Source: Camelus dromedarius (Eukaryota). Taken from it: a DNA stretch of 64,000 nt. The notes under the pieces were generated by a model that worked only from the letters and a program-made list of their open reading frames with translations, was not told the DNA's origin and ran no database searches. Positions within the stretch are counted from its first letter, which is position 1; each line of letters starts with the position of its first letter. Made by a program: the position numbers and the translations under genes. The DNA is taken from assembly GCF_036321535.1 (NCBI RefSeq), contig NC_087438.1:7256001-7320000 (forward strand), written 5' to 3'. Of this stretch, positions 12,301 through 27,300 are shown one piece after another.

Positions 12301-15300
12301 TGACTATTGACGATTGTTTCTACCTTCAGCTCCCCTCCTCCCTGGAGGTCTGGAGGGTAGGGCTTAAAGTCCCAGCCCTCTAATTACTTGGTAGGTTCCT
12401 CCTGGAAAACCCACTCCAAGCTCTCCCCACACCCCAAAAGCCACCTAGTTAACATAACAAAAGACACCTTTTGTTGCTAGGACATTCCTAGGGTTTTAGG
12501 AGCTGTGAGCTAGGAACTACCGGACAAAGACCAAATATATATTTCTTATAAATCACAATATTACCTGTGGCAGAAACTTTTTCTGAGTGTTGAACCACAC
12601 CTTTGCAGAGGCGTGGGAAGACCTGCATTTACCATTTGAAATGTTAATTGTTGTGCTGAAATTGTGAGGAGGATTGGCTCACAAACGTCAGTTTGCTCCT
12701 ACAAGAAATAGCCGTGCTGCAGATGGCTGCGTGTTTTCAGTGCTATTTCTAAGGCTGGAATCGGGGGCAGTGTTCTTTCTTGATGACATGCTATCAGCCT
12801 TTTGGTCCTAGTCACTTTATGTGATCTTTTATAATTTGGGAAACCAGATAATTATTATGTTTGAATTCTAAAATATGTGTAAATCAGCCCTGCATAAGGC
12901 TCCTGGCTGTGAGTGAGGGATGCGTACTTCTCTTGAATCTTTTTGCCTGCTCAGAGGCCTTTTTTGTTGACTTACACATTTCTTACGTGATTTGCTCTCT
13001 TAAATGACTGCTGGGTAAATGTGGTATTATATACATATGTATATATGTGTTGTTGTTGTTTTGTGAGTGTGGGGGAGGTAATTGGGTTTGCTTATTTATT
13101 TATTATGGAGGTACTGGGGATTGAACCCCGGACCTCGTGCATGCTGTGTATGCACTCTACCACTGAGCTGTACCCTCCCCCTGTATTGTAATTATTTGAT
13201 TCACTTTTCTTATAGAAAAAATATTTCAGTGCCATACAAATACTGAAAGCTAAGATAGCTCTACGTGCCTAGCATATAAGCTGTCTTTTAATCTTCATGA
13301 AATTATATGACCTTTTTCCCCCTTATAGTTTATTCCCCAGATATGCCTTCACGGCTTCCAATCCAAGATATATTTGCTGGACTGGTTACCAGTATTGGCA
13401 CTGCAATACGGTATTGGTTTCATTATACACTTGTGGCCTTCGCATGGTTGGGAGTCGTTCCTCTTACAGCATGTGAGTATTTGTACCTCTGTGGTTAGAG
13501 TTGTTTAAACATTGCAAAACTATTTAATATTATAAAGTGATAATGTATCACATACTTGTTTGAATGACATTTAATAATTTGATATTATAATGTCATATAT
13601 TAGGAAAGCCTCACTTAGAGAACATTATTAACCTGAATTAAGAACTTTTTTAACTAGTCAGTTTCTTGAATGAATGTGGGAAAGAAAAACAGCATACAGA
13701 GGCTAAAAATTAGGGTTCATGAAAGAATTGGAAAAGCAAAATGAAACCATAATTGGATGGAAATTGAATTTTATTCCTCAAAGTTTATTAAAGCTTTCAA
13801 AGATGGCAAAAGATGGATTCTTTCTCAGATTTGTTTTATCCTCTTTTAAAAAACAGCTATCTAATGATCCTGAATAATTGGGAAACATAGGAGGCTCCCT
13901 GGGAGATTGGTATGCTCACGATTAGTAGATTCCTTTTAGGTTCTTTGTTGTTCTTAAGGTCATGGGGAGGGGTCGGTAGAATTAGGTGCCAGAGTAGATA
14001 GATATGATTCTTTAGAGTTAAACACAAACAAGGTTTTTGAATAAGTATAATTAATATCCTCATGTCTTCTTAAAATAAACTCAGTCATTTATGAAAATGA
14101 GTATCTTGGGAGATACACCAAATAGCAGAACAGGTACTGTTGAAGAGTGAATTAGTGAGCTAGAAGATTGAGCAAGTGCCTCTCTAGGATGTAGCTCGGA
14201 GAAAGGATGTTGCATTCTGAGAGAAAAAAATTGAGAGCTGGAGACTACATCATATGTTTTAGTATCTGTCTATAAGTGGTTCCAGAAGGTAAAAGAGATT
14301 GAAAGAGAGGGAGCTTTTGTGTAGATAAGAAAACAGATTGATAAATTAGAGGCCTCCTTACTAGAGTGCTTAAAAATAAGGTAGCTCAACATCTTACATG
14401 AAAAGACACCATGGGTACATTGCTAACTTAAGGAAAAAGGTTACAGGATGTGTACTGTGTGATATAATTTAGATTTTAATTGTGGATGAGTGTGTATGTA
14501 AACTAGTCAGAAGAGAAATCAAGCTTGTTAACTGTTACTTAATTTTTGACCTAGTTTTCGGTATTTGATCTAGTGATTTCAGAGAAGTCTGTTAGCCTTC
14601 CACTATGACTGTAAATGTTATTATCTACAGACAGTTGGCTTGTTGTCAGTTTTACTTTGTTACAGACATTCTTGCTTTGACTATTTTACACACATATGTA
14701 AGTAATTCTGTTAGAGAAAATCTTTTCCTATCTTTCCATTTTGACTTGGCTTTTGAAAATAGCCATTAAAGTCACTAAATTTTGGGTGCAAGACCATAGG
14801 GAATGCTTAAACTAATACAGAAGCACTGGTTTGAAAGAAAACCTCAGCTCTTGGGCCCCATTTCCGAATCTGTTCCTGCTTTTTCTGACTGAGGGGATAA
14901 GGGGATGGCTGTGTATTCAGCCATAATTTGTCTTTTCCCTTCAGGGCCAGATTTAAGATTTTGTCCTTTTGAGGACCCTTGAATCTGTCTTTTTAAAAAA
15001 ATTCATTGTTAGTTTGGTAATCATAGCACTGAGGCATGTACTCTACTGAAAAGTCCTCTTAATTTCAAAAATGTGTACCCCCAAAAGTTTGTTTTCATGA
15101 GCAGACTTAATGAATTTTAGAATTCTAGGTTAAAAAAAATTTCTTCATATTGCAATTTTGGAGATCTTTTCTTGAGGCCCCCCCCCCCCAAATGTTTAAG
15201 CTCATTTAATAAAAACAAGTAAATTTGGAAAGAATCTAAACCTTAGCATTATTGTGTAACATTTATTCTTTACTGTCACTATTTTTAATGCTTGACTGTG

Positions 15301-18300
15301 TTTTAGTTCAGTATTTTGAGACTCAAACTTGAAAAGGCTGTTTATTTCAGTGGCATTCATGGTGTTCCACTTTACCTCTGTTTAACTGAGCAACTGTACG
15401 AATTCATGACGAGAGTTGTGATTGTATGCTGTCTTGCCCTTTTTTGGTAGGCCGTATCTACAAGTGCTTGTTTACTGGCTCTGTGAGCTCACTCCTGACA
15501 CTGCCACTAGACATGCTGTCCACGTGAGTATTGACCTTGTGCTGGTGGAAGGCGGTGCAGTGTAAATGGTGCTCGTTTTTTCTTCCCATACTTACTTTTG
15601 TTGTAATGTGAGAAGTCCTTCTGTTCCAAGGACAAATATAATTTGTTACCTATTCCAGCAGTTGCAGCTACAGTGGAAGTAGCTGGCATCCATAAATGAT
15701 GTTTTAAAACATACCTGTCTTTTAAAGGACTGTTTGGTAATGGTGGGACAGCTCGTTAAAAAAGCTGTCGTGCAGTGTGAGAAGTGTTGTATTCCACATA
15801 GTCATGTGCTGGCAGTTCATTTAAACAGTGTTTCTAACAGCACAGACATTCGAATTCAAATTTCTTTAATTTTTTTTTTTTGTGATTATTAGAATATTTA
15901 CTCTGAAAACTTGTTCACTGTAGTTGTTTTACTGTATCTTAATTTGACGTGAAGCACTGTAGTTGCAGTTTCTTGGGGAAGACGTGTGTTTCATTTATTA
16001 TTGATGTTAGAATTAGAAATGCTGTAAATGATTAACTGTATCAAAATCGTTAGAATATTAAGCTTGCAAAACGTTGCGACTCTGCTAAATCTTCTTTTGT
16101 ACCCAGCTGACTTCAGGTTTCTGATCTCTATGTCAGTGAAGGCAAAGAACAATATAAGACCCTCTTGTAGAACAGAAACATTCAGAGTATGTTACCATAA
16201 AAATAAGGCAGATGGCAATAGAAGAGAGCAGGAGAGCATGTTGCATTTCTGACAGAAAAGAAATCAAGAAGGAGTTCTTTAAGTGCCTTGTGTCTGCATC
16301 ATTATTTTTAGTCATGGTTGAAAATACTTAGAAACATTATGCGTGTCTGTAACTTGGTTTTCCTATTTGCTGGGTACACCTTTTTGGATAGAGCAGGCAA
16401 GTTATTTAATTTATCTCTGTTTCTTTGGCAGTAAAGGGAATAGATAAGATAAAAGATTTTGAACTTGAACCTTACTTATATTAGAACAGCTTTTGAAGTA
16501 ATGTTTAGAAGCAGACAGGGATCTTGAGAATAGGGCACTAATGGCTGTGGCTGTGACAAAAAGGAGAAGTAGTAATTTGACACACTTGAGAGTTTGGAAA
16601 TGATGTAATAAGATAACGCTTTGTATGAAAATACTGACCTCTGAAGTGATTCAGTGGAAACAAAGAAGACAGTAGTCCTATTTCTGGACATCAGGTTTTT
16701 ATTTCAGCCATCCAGAACACAGTCTTAGTATATTGGCAAGGAGAATCAGTCTTAAATGGCTGAGGTGCCATCTCTGTGTATGTGACATAGCTTAGCCCTG
16801 GCTTCCATTTAGGAATTGTATAGGAAATAAAAGTACATGAAAGAATGAGCGAGGGAGGTCAGAAGGAAGCAAGGGGTGACTGCTAAGAGTGATGGAAACT
16901 GTATTTTAGCGTTTATGAACTCATTAAAGAACCATTTCAAACAGGCAGTCTTTTTCTGTTCAGTTTGAGGCTGAAGTTGTATTTTATCATTGTAGTTTTT
17001 GAGAGAACAGTGTAGCAGCCAGTCAGTAAGTATCTCAGTTGTTTAGAAAAGGTGACTCAAAGTCCCATCTGTGCTGTTCAGTAAAGTGGAGATATGTTAA
17101 TTCTTTAATGGTTTCTGTTTTAAATCGCTGAATATGGTAATTTTACCAGCGCTTAAATTGGTGTGCTTTGGCTTTGTGAAAAACACTTATGTCAGTGAAA
17201 ATGCCAGATAAACAGGCCGTATTCCACTTACCTACCACTTTGACTTCTTGTTGGTGGAATCATTAAACATCTGGTTGTTTGACAGATGTGAGCACTTAGG
17301 TGATGCAGCAAGGTAGCTGGTTGTAACGGGGTGGGGGGGAACCCTGATAATGGAATAAAAAAGTTCCTGCGTTTGCCAGGTTTTGGGGACCTTGAGCAAA
17401 TCATTGGATAGTTCTGAACCCTGTTTCCTCATCTATAAAATGAGGAAGATCATGCCTCAGGGTTGTAGGTGGGCTGTTCCAAGACTACATTCACAAATAT
17501 ATGTAAAAACTGTATGTGAATTTTGAGCACTATGTTAACATATAGCAGGATTATCACCAGAACTCAGAGGTGGTGTTTGCCTTACGTTGGCAGGATGCCC
17601 TTTTCTCTCTGACGTGATTGGCTATTGGAACACACCTGAATTGCCTTCATGCGCTTACTCATTGACATGGGAAGAATGCTGGAGGCTTGGTGGGGATAGT
17701 TGAAAGAAATTGTAAACATAGGTTGGTTTTATAATCAATCTCATGCTGCCTTTTAGAATTTGAAGAATTGAGCCAGTTTTTCTGAAAGCACTTATAACAA
17801 AATCGTTAATTTTTTCTGAGTAGTGTTTTATTTTCTCTATAGAATACATTTTATTTCTGAAGTTTTACTTAAAATTTCTTAATATCTCAGCAGCTCCTAC
17901 ATACCCTGTAGCTCAGTTCTTCCGGTCACTTGTCGGCACAGTACATCAGTTAACTATTGCTGCAAAACATGTGCTATTGCTATTAAAACGATTGCTGTCC
18001 CCAAAATGTAGTGGCTTAAAACAACAGCCATTTTATTTACTCCTAATTCTGGGACTTAGCAGTTTGGGCTGGGCTCAGCTGATCAGTTCATCTGTTGGAC
18101 TTGCCTCAGTTCGACATGTGTTTCACTGAGGTTGGATGGTCTAAGATGGGGTGCCTTGGTTCTTTCACATGGCCTCTCATCTTCAGAAGGCTAGCGGGGC
18201 TTCTTTACATGGTAGTCTCGGCAGAATTCCAAAAGGGTGAGGGTGGAAGCTCGAAAGCTAGAACTTAGGAAATATCACTTCTGGTCCAGACAGTTCACAG

Positions 18301-21300
18301 ACTAGCCCAGATTCAAGGTGTGAGGGAAAGGAAAAGGATTCTACAAAGTTTGTCACCATTTAAAATCTGTAACAAGCAGTTGCTATTCTTACTGCTGATG
18401 ACAAGGGAAGGAGTAGGGAAGAGGGTGTTTTAGTCCAGACCTGTCAAAATTTTAATGGTCTGGAGGGTTCTTTAATAAGGGGGTAATTACTGTTCCTCTT
18501 TTTATTAAGGTATAGTCCAGATAATACCTGAGGGCAACATCAGTTCAGTTTGGAGCTATTAGGCCGAGGTCTACCCTTCCTCAGGTTCTCTGTCGAGGAA
18601 AAAAGTCATTCCATTATGATACTGAATTTTCTGAAGGCTGCAAAGATTCCTGAGTTACCTTTGAATTATTCTGAAACCAGACATAGACCAGGGAAGGATA
18701 TGCCTTCAGACAGGAAAAGAGAGAAATCTTCAGTATTACAATACTCCGTGTATTTTCATCTATCGTCATAAAGGAACCATACTTGATCTGTCTGAATTTG
18801 TTGAGGAACTAATACACTTTTGGTATATTTGCAGTTAGCATCAAAATTTAATCTGCTTTCTGAGACATTTGTAAGAGGTGCCACAGGCTTCTTTGCCTCA
18901 CACATCGTGTGCTGCTTGTCTCTCAGATTCCTTTGCCTTTGTCCTCGGGCCTTTCTAGAGGCTCTTCTGCATCTTTCTGAGTTGCTGATTCTGTTCATTT
19001 TCATGGGCTTAGGTATCAGCTAGTCAAGTTTGTTAAACTCGTGTGTAAAATAAGGACAAGGAAATTCTTAGTAAGGGTTGGACAAAGTCATTTACTGTTA
19101 GTAAATTACATATATTTAATGCTTGGCTTTTGTCCAGTGTTTGGCTACTTTCGGTTTTTTGCTTGCTGCCTTCTTTTTTCTCAGTCATGCTCAAATAGAG
19201 GCTGGATAGCTGATTTATGTAGATCTGATGTTATTCTTTACCTTCTATAATATAAACACATATAATACAAATGTATAAATAAACATTTGTCCATCTTATA
19301 AGATAAATAAAATGTCACCATCCTCAGAAATAACTCTTTTTTGAAAGACTGATTTTTACCAGAAAGTATGACTGACTTTTCTGGCTGTTCTTTCTGGGAT
19401 TTTTATGTAAAATGAAATGTTGCTGTCTTTGGTTTCTTAATTTTTAAGTATTCTTTGGAATAATTCTACGTACTTTTTTTTTTAAATAGGGACAATTTAT
19501 TGGCAGATTGTTTGCAGGGTTGTTTTGTGGTGACGTGCACACTGTGCGCATTCATCAGCCTTGTGTGGCTGCGAGAGCAGATAGTCCACGGGGGAGCCCC
19601 GATTTGGCTGGAGCATGCTGCCCCACCCTTCAACGCTGCTGGGCATCACCAGAATGAGGTAACTCCCTGCATCCCCGAGTTTGTCTTAATTTGGGTAAGA
19701 CATAAGAATTATTGGCACCCTCTAAGACCCAAACCCTTGACTCCCATGTCCCTCATTGCAAAGCAGGACAGTGACAAGGTTTGGGAGAAGAGTAAGGAAG
19801 ATGTGGAAAATCAAAAGAATGCTATTGTGACTTAGTTTTCTAGCGAGATTGGGACTAGTGTCAGGGAGTATGCTGGAGTGCTCTTTCATTGCCTTTGCCT
19901 GGGTTAGCTGCTTCATGCTGGCTTGGAAGTTGAGAGACACACCTCCTTACAGATGCTTCTGACATGCTGCATTATATCAAGGAGGGCCCCTACCCTCTTT
20001 GTTCATTAGTTTCTTCATGTGTAAAATGCCTCATCTTTGTTGCTTTTAGTAGAAACTTTACCAAAAATAGAAAAATTAAAACACTGTTGCTAACAGTCTT
20101 CTACAGTTTTACGTTTCCTGCATGAGAGATGACATGCTTAGATGTAAGAGCATTTGCAAGAGGTGTTGAGAAGAGGATATGATAAATGAGTTTTAGTATC
20201 TTGCTTGCTGAGAAATTATAGGGCTGAAAATGTAAAAAAAAAAACTTACAAAAACAATTTGCACTACATAAAATTTTATTATGGAAAAATTGACTATAAA
20301 GTTAACTCAAATGGTAAGTAATGACTTAATTTTTCATTTGAGGACCTTCTCTGCTTTTCTTAATGTGAAGATTAATTTCATCAAATTCCGCTATACCTTT
20401 TCTCTACAGAATTAAGAGTACAGCTTCTCCTTTGAAAACCACATATATGAAAAAAGGGACCATAAAGAAAGGATGCTGTTCTTACCTAGTATTAATACTT
20501 TTATCATTATACCTCATATTTTTTAAGCATTTAATGCAGTTCTTTTAGAATCTTCATTGACCCCATAGGCATTCAGTGTTTTAATTAATTGCAGCTAGGT
20601 CTTTGTGTTTGGTAGGTAGCAAAACCCAGGAAGAGCCAGGGAAGTGTACATGTGGGAACTGATAAGGTCCATATGGACAGGCTTCCCCACTGAGCAGAAG
20701 TCAGAAACCTTTCCTCAAGTGTTCACTGATAACTGCGAGTTAAGTTATATATCAGTTTGTGTGTAAACAAATAAATAGACACACAAGTATATTTTCAGGC
20801 CTGAAGTGGTCAGTAAAGACAAGAGATGCCTTATAAAGAAGGATTATGAAATGACGTGTTCAGGATAGCCAGATTTGTTAACCCGTTTTCTATAATACTC
20901 TGCGAAATGTTAATCTCTGAATTATGCTGAATGAATATGTACACTATTGAATTCTCATATACGAAGTTGATCCAAGTTCACATACATTAAGAAGAGATGC
21001 CCTTGAGAGTTGATTTTTGGATTTTTAATAAAATTTGTATCTGCTAGTTTTGTTTCTTTAGCAGGGAGAGTGCGATTTGGAAACAGAATACAACTGAGAC
21101 AAGGTAGGCAGTTTCTGTGCTCCTCTGTCATTTAGGCTCCCGCAGGAGGCAATGGTGCTGAAAATGTGGTCCCCGAGCAGCCTGCAAACCCACCAGCGGA
21201 GAACGCGGTGGTGGGGGAGAACCCCGATGCCCAGGATGACCAGGCGGAGGAGGAGGAAGAGGAGAACGAGGAAGAAGATGACGCAGGCGGGGAAGATGCA

Positions 21301-24300
21301 GCCGATGCCAACAACGGGGCGCAGGGTAACGGTGCTGGCCTGTCCTCACCCTTCCTTCGTGACCATGAGTCCATTCCCAGCTTAGTTTGGGGAGGACTGG
21401 AGTTTTCAAAATTTAATGGGTTTGAAATTCTGTCTCTAACCTGTTTTGACTGTATTTTGGCAAACTTGCGTTTATGGATGTGAATATGCATATATTTTTT
21501 TTCTTATGAAGCAGGGCACGTTTTGTGTTTTAAAATTCTGTTTTGCACAGATCTTTTTATAGGATGGATAGGAAGAAATTATTTGTAAGTTGGAATGGAT
21601 TCTGTTTTTTAAAAAATTTGACCCAGATTTATCTTACTTCTTGGCCATTTTTATTGAGTCAGTGCAACTGTTAATATCAAAGAAGAGGAATTGAAGTGTA
21701 TACTACAGGCCAGATACCGCCCAGAGAAACCAATTTCTCATTTTCTGAGTAATTTCTCACTTTCTGGAGTAAAACTCTGGAATATAAAAGAAGACTGAGA
21801 CCAGCCTGGCAGTCAGCTGTCAGTGGCTCACCGCCTTCTTTTCTCTCCTCCCGCACTAGAGTTTTCCTGTTAAGCGTTGCAGTGTCTCTGGGTCCACTTA
21901 TCATTGCTGGTACCTGAGTGTTTCGTGTGTCCCATGCACTCAAAACGCCAGGTCCCTGCCTTCATGGAGTTTCTGATCTAGTGACGAAGCAGGAGTATCC
22001 AAGTGAACAAACTTGCTGTTACATACTGGGATAAATGTGCAGGTTGCTCTGAGGATGCTACTGGGGAGATACCTGTTTAAAGCAAGATTCCCCAGGTAGC
22101 TTAGAGTAAGTAATATTTGAGCTGAGACTTGAAGGATGAGAAGAAGCTTGTTGCGTCATGGGAGCAAGAGGCCTTTGCAGGAGAGGCAGGGATGTGTTTT
22201 AGGCTCGGAGAATGTGGACTGCTGCTACCCTAGTGCTGGCCGTCATTTCCTTCTGTTAGTCTCATGCAGGAGGTCCTAACTGGTCCTCCTTCTTGCGTTC
22301 TTGCTGCACTGTATTCTTGCTCCACATGGTATTTGTATTGCTCTTTTGCCCTTAAAATCTGTCAGTGATCTACCCGTTACACTGAAGAACGAAATAAAAT
22401 CCAGGTTTCACATTCCTCTTGTGTGATCTGCTCCCTGTTTGCCTTTCATACCACATCTTCTGCCCAGAGAATTCTGGTCCCCTGGCTTCCTTACTTTTCT
22501 CAAAGCCACCAGATTCATTCTTGATTCAGAGCTGTTGAATTCCTGTTTCACATTATTTCCTTTCTCACACTATCACACTCGAGAATCATCCAATTTATTT
22601 TAAATGTTGTATTTATTTATATCTATTCTTTATTGCCTAACAAGTAAATAAATACTCAGTATGGAAAAGTTTTAAATGTGGTTTAACTTCTCAAAAACAG
22701 TTATAAAACACCAAATTAAAAGAGTATGTTTTATATTTGTAATTCAAGTTCCATTAGTAATCTTTAAACTAACAATTATATTTGCAGACGACATGAACTG
22801 GAATGCTTTAGAATGGGACCGAGCTGCAGAAGAGCTTACATGGGAAAGAGTGAGTAAGACTTCTTTCTATTAAGCATCCTAGAGTTTTAATCCTAATATG
22901 TATCTTAAAGTTGGCTATATGTTCAGTGTATACACTAATTTTGCAGTTACATTGGATGAAAACAGTTACCAGAACTTTAATTTCTAGGGAAAATTAAGCG
23001 ATGTATTATTTGGGATGAAAATATTAAAAATACATGATGAAGATCTACTGAAGACTTTTTCTGTCTTCTGCCTTTAATACACCCCTTGCTCCACATAGGG
23101 AGTGTTTAACTTGAAATTGTGGACTTTCAAAAATGAAGTGTTATTCTGATGCTTCAGTTGACAAAATAATACAGTTGTATCATGAAATCTTAACTGGCTC
23201 CATATCTAATGTAAGAATTAAACCCAAGATGGAGTTTTTTTTAACTTTATAATCATATGATTTGGAATAAAAGGAGATCCAAATTATAAAACTCCCATGA
23301 ACAGAAGTTTTTCACTCTCTGAAAATGATAGACCATATTGGAAGATATTGGGTACATATTATGTTTAAAGATGTTGAAAGGAAAATGAGGTTTTTTTAAT
23401 AAACAGTGAAAAATTCTGTTGCATCTTGAACTAATGCATGTTATTTATTTTAGATGCTAGGACTTGATGGATCACTAGTTTTTCTAGTAAGTAAAGCTGA
23501 TTTTTTTTAACAATAGAGTTGTGACTTAATTACTTGTCTTAGTGATTCGGTGATTTCAAATTTACAGTATATGCTGGCTTTTTATCCTAAAGGTCAAAAT
23601 GCCCTTTGATTTTTGATTACTTGATACGTAGGAGAAAGTCCATTTTGTGTATTGAAAATATTGGCAAAGCATAAAGGTAATGCTATTTAAAAAGGAAATT
23701 ATTAAAAATACTTGATTTTTAGAAAAGAAAAATACAAAGTTGATGGTAGTTAAGAAAACTTGGGCTTTCTTTTAAAGTCTCACCTTGCAGTGATTCCTGA
23801 ACTAGTGAAAATAGAGCAGCTCTTCAGTGTTCACAGAGAGGCCCCACTGTTTGCTGAACCTCACCTGTCCTTACCTTATTAGTAAAGAGTCCAACTGTAA
23901 GGTGAAGAATAGTTCTTTAAAGAACCTGTTCTTTAAGGAGCAATGATGCTGTTTTCAGGTTCTGGAATATAAAATGACTTGCCATTTGGGATTTTTAAGT
24001 AGCTTTGGGAATCAAGATGACTTTGGCTGCAGATAGCCAAACCCCAACTGACCAAAACAGTAACATAAGAGGAAGTCCAGAGAAAGGATGGGCTTCAGGT
24101 GTGCTTGATCCAGGGGCCCAGCAGTGTTACTGAAGACCCAGATAATTTCCTTCAGTCTCCTCTGCTGTCCACAGTGTTGGCTTCCTCTTCAGGCTGGCTC
24201 TGGATGGGAGCCAGAATAGGAAGTTGAGGTTAGTAGTGTGAGGTTTTTAAGGAACATATCTGATGATAATTCATAGATTAGTGAGAATGTGATATTTGTG

Positions 24301-27300
24301 AGCTCCTATTCAAGGCTTGCTCACAGTCAGTGTAGGAGGTATTACCTGTCCGTATCCTCGTGTCTGTCTTGTACTTTGTCAGTCCCTCGTAGGTGAGTGA
24401 TAGAGGTCGCTGAGGTAGTGGTGTTGACTCAAACCCATTCTAATTATTAGAAAAAACCACAGGATGACTTCCTGCAGTTGTTGAACATTATTTAGCATCT
24501 GCTATGTGCCAGCTCTTATGGTAGTTCCTGGGAGAGTCAGAGGTGAATGAAATAGAGCACCTGTTTTCAGAGATGCTAGTAGTTTAGTAGAGAGAAATGA
24601 ACACATAAACAAGGAACTTAAGGTAAAGACTCAGTGACAAAAAGTGTGTATAGGACACAAGAGATGCAGAAGAGGGCTTAGTCAGGTCTTTCTTAGCAGA
24701 GGGGAGTTTGTCAGCAGGGAATTTTATAGAAGATAATTAGAGATTGAGGCACAAAAGGTGTTGGGGATAAGGACAGTTTGAGAGCCCTTAAGGCAGAGAA
24801 GCTGAAAAATTCAACTGATAGGAGCTCACATGGTAAGGAATGTAGTACTCTTCTCTTAGACAAACTGATCACCCTTCTTGCCACTTGGATTTGTGGCATT
24901 TTGGGGGCCTGGTTACAATAATGTTTCTAAAAAGAAAATCTTACCATGTTAAGATTCATGAAAATCTTCCATCGCCCCCTTGGAAGGATCATTTAACTTG
25001 ATGGTGGAGGCGAGGTGGTGAGTCTGGACCAGTGGGCTTGGATGTTCTGGTGATTGTCAGTGTGGAGCATGACAAAAGTACATGTTGGGGGGTAGTTGGG
25101 TAGGAGTCCTCTTGGAGGTGATAATGCACAACTGTGGAGTTAATCAGCGGCCAAGGGGAGAGAGGGACCAGAGAAGATCAGGTGACCTTGCGGAAGTAGT
25201 GAGAGCACACTGAAAGAAGTGCTGTACAGTTTACATGAATATGTTGTTCAGAAATAGTGTGGTTTTCAAATTTTTCTTTATTTGGAATTTTTTAGTGTCA
25301 TTTGACTTAAATGAAGTCTGATGATTATTTATGAGAATCTTTGTAGTTTGTGGTATAGAGTATTGATTTCTAAAGAGGAAATATGTATGGATTGATTTCT
25401 TTGGTTTTTTTTTCCTATACATAACATTATGAACTTCAAGTTTTATTAAGTTTAGTTTTATGAGCTCTCTAATGAAAAATGAAAAGTTGGACATGATTTC
25501 TGAATGAATTCTCAAAATTATAGTGAAAGTTTCAATCTTCTAACTAAATAAATGGGTTAAATGTAAACATAAATCAAATAAGAGATGAATATGTTTTATT
25601 AATGCTCTTCTCCTTTAGGAACATGTCTTCTGGGTGGTGTCTTTAAACACACTGTTCATTCTTGTTTTTGGTAAGTGATGTTTATGCTTTAATTTATGAT
25701 ATTATGGTAGAAGTTTAATTTTCTAGGAGCCTTGTTAAAAAGATTTTATTTCATAGGAATATATGAAACAGTTTTAGACAGTCACCTGGTATAGTAAGGC
25801 CGCAGGTATACAGTTTCTTTCCTAAGCAACGCTGACTGCAGGTACTTACCACCTTTGCTTCTGTTGGGCATTTCTATCTCTTTTTTATAGAAGCTGATTT
25901 TACACTGACTTGAAAATATACAGTATCCCACTCTGAAATTAAATTTATAATGATTATCTGTGTGTTCTACCCTATGGCAGAAGATCTTGTTTTCATTTCT
26001 TAAAATCCTGACCATAGTCTTACAGAGACCTTGGCTCGGGAGCTGTCACAGAGATGGATGCAGGCTTGAGAGAAGACTGAACTTTCCCCAAGTGTAATTC
26101 CCCTCAGAACCAGCTTCCAGGAATGCGGTCACTTCCAGACACTTTTCACAGCTGCAGCTGTGAGGGCTCCATTGGGAGTCATGAGAGAAAGGGTTGAAAT
26201 GCAGCTGACAGGTTTTTCTGCTTAAAGGAAACTGGGGCAGGTAAACCAGGGCTTTAGAGTTCAGTTCCTGCATTTCTCAAGGTGAAGCCTGATCGAATTG
26301 GGTTACTGTTAGACTGTGCTATGATTTATTTCTCTTAGAGAGACTTCAGGCTACAGATTGCTGTATAGGGAGGGTCTTTAAGAAATCCTTCCCTAGTGCA
26401 TGTGAGTTACCCTCACCTCTGCTGAGGACAGGTGAGGATTTCCCAAGTTCCTTCTGCTAAACTCCTGGTTATTTGCTCTGTTGGAGAGCAGAAAGCGGTG
26501 TCTTCAATAGGCTGTGTGGTCAAAAAGACACTGGATAAGTACATTGAGGATGAGACAAAAAATAATTATATTCTGAATATTTTCTATAAAAGAGCAAAAG
26601 AAATTTACATGCATCTTACTGAAACAGAGTATCTTTTAAAAGTTCCATTGATTCTTAATTTTCAATAGGTATTTAAGATAATACAAATTAACAGGAAGCC
26701 CATTCTTTGTTTCTCCATGCATATGGGTATAAAAATGTGTCTGCAGGTAATTCTGCATTTATTTTCCATTATATAAAATAATTGATTTATAGAATGTGAA
26801 ACTGTTTTGATCATGACCGAGTTTTCTTTGAGAGAAGAAATGATCTATAGATTCAGTGTTTGTTCTGCAAGAAAAACTTAATGCTGAATTAATATCTGGA
26901 GGAACAAGTCACCTTTAAAGCATGAATTATAGAAGTAAGAACTCATTAATACGAAGCAACTCTCAACTAAATAAATTTTTTCTAATCCAATCTCCTAAGC
27001 TTATACTATGGAAAAAATTTCACCTTAGTAAACTTACATACATTATACTTAGGATCTTTTGAAATGAAGCAGGAAGTTTTCCTCTTTTTAGGAATAGACT
27101 TTTTCTTTTAGGTGGACATAGTCCTAGGGATTAAGCAACACTCGTTTCTTTCCTACTTGGCATTGCTTTGCTGCAGTTTTCACTAGCATTTTTAGACCTC
27201 TGTGGTCATGTGCTTTGCAGCAATAAGAACTTACAATGCTGCTGTCTTCCAGTAGAAGGGAATGATCCTGAAAGACTGACCTTAATTTCAGGATGAGTAT

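Noticed and set aside
15747..15769. Small hairpin GACAGCT-N9-AGCTGTC
   Set aside because: A 7-bp stem is expected by chance in 64 kb, and there is no snoRNA or miRNA context.
21128..21491. Overlapping antisense and alternative-frame ORFs
   Set aside because: These are shadow frames of the GC-rich, low-complexity exon 7.
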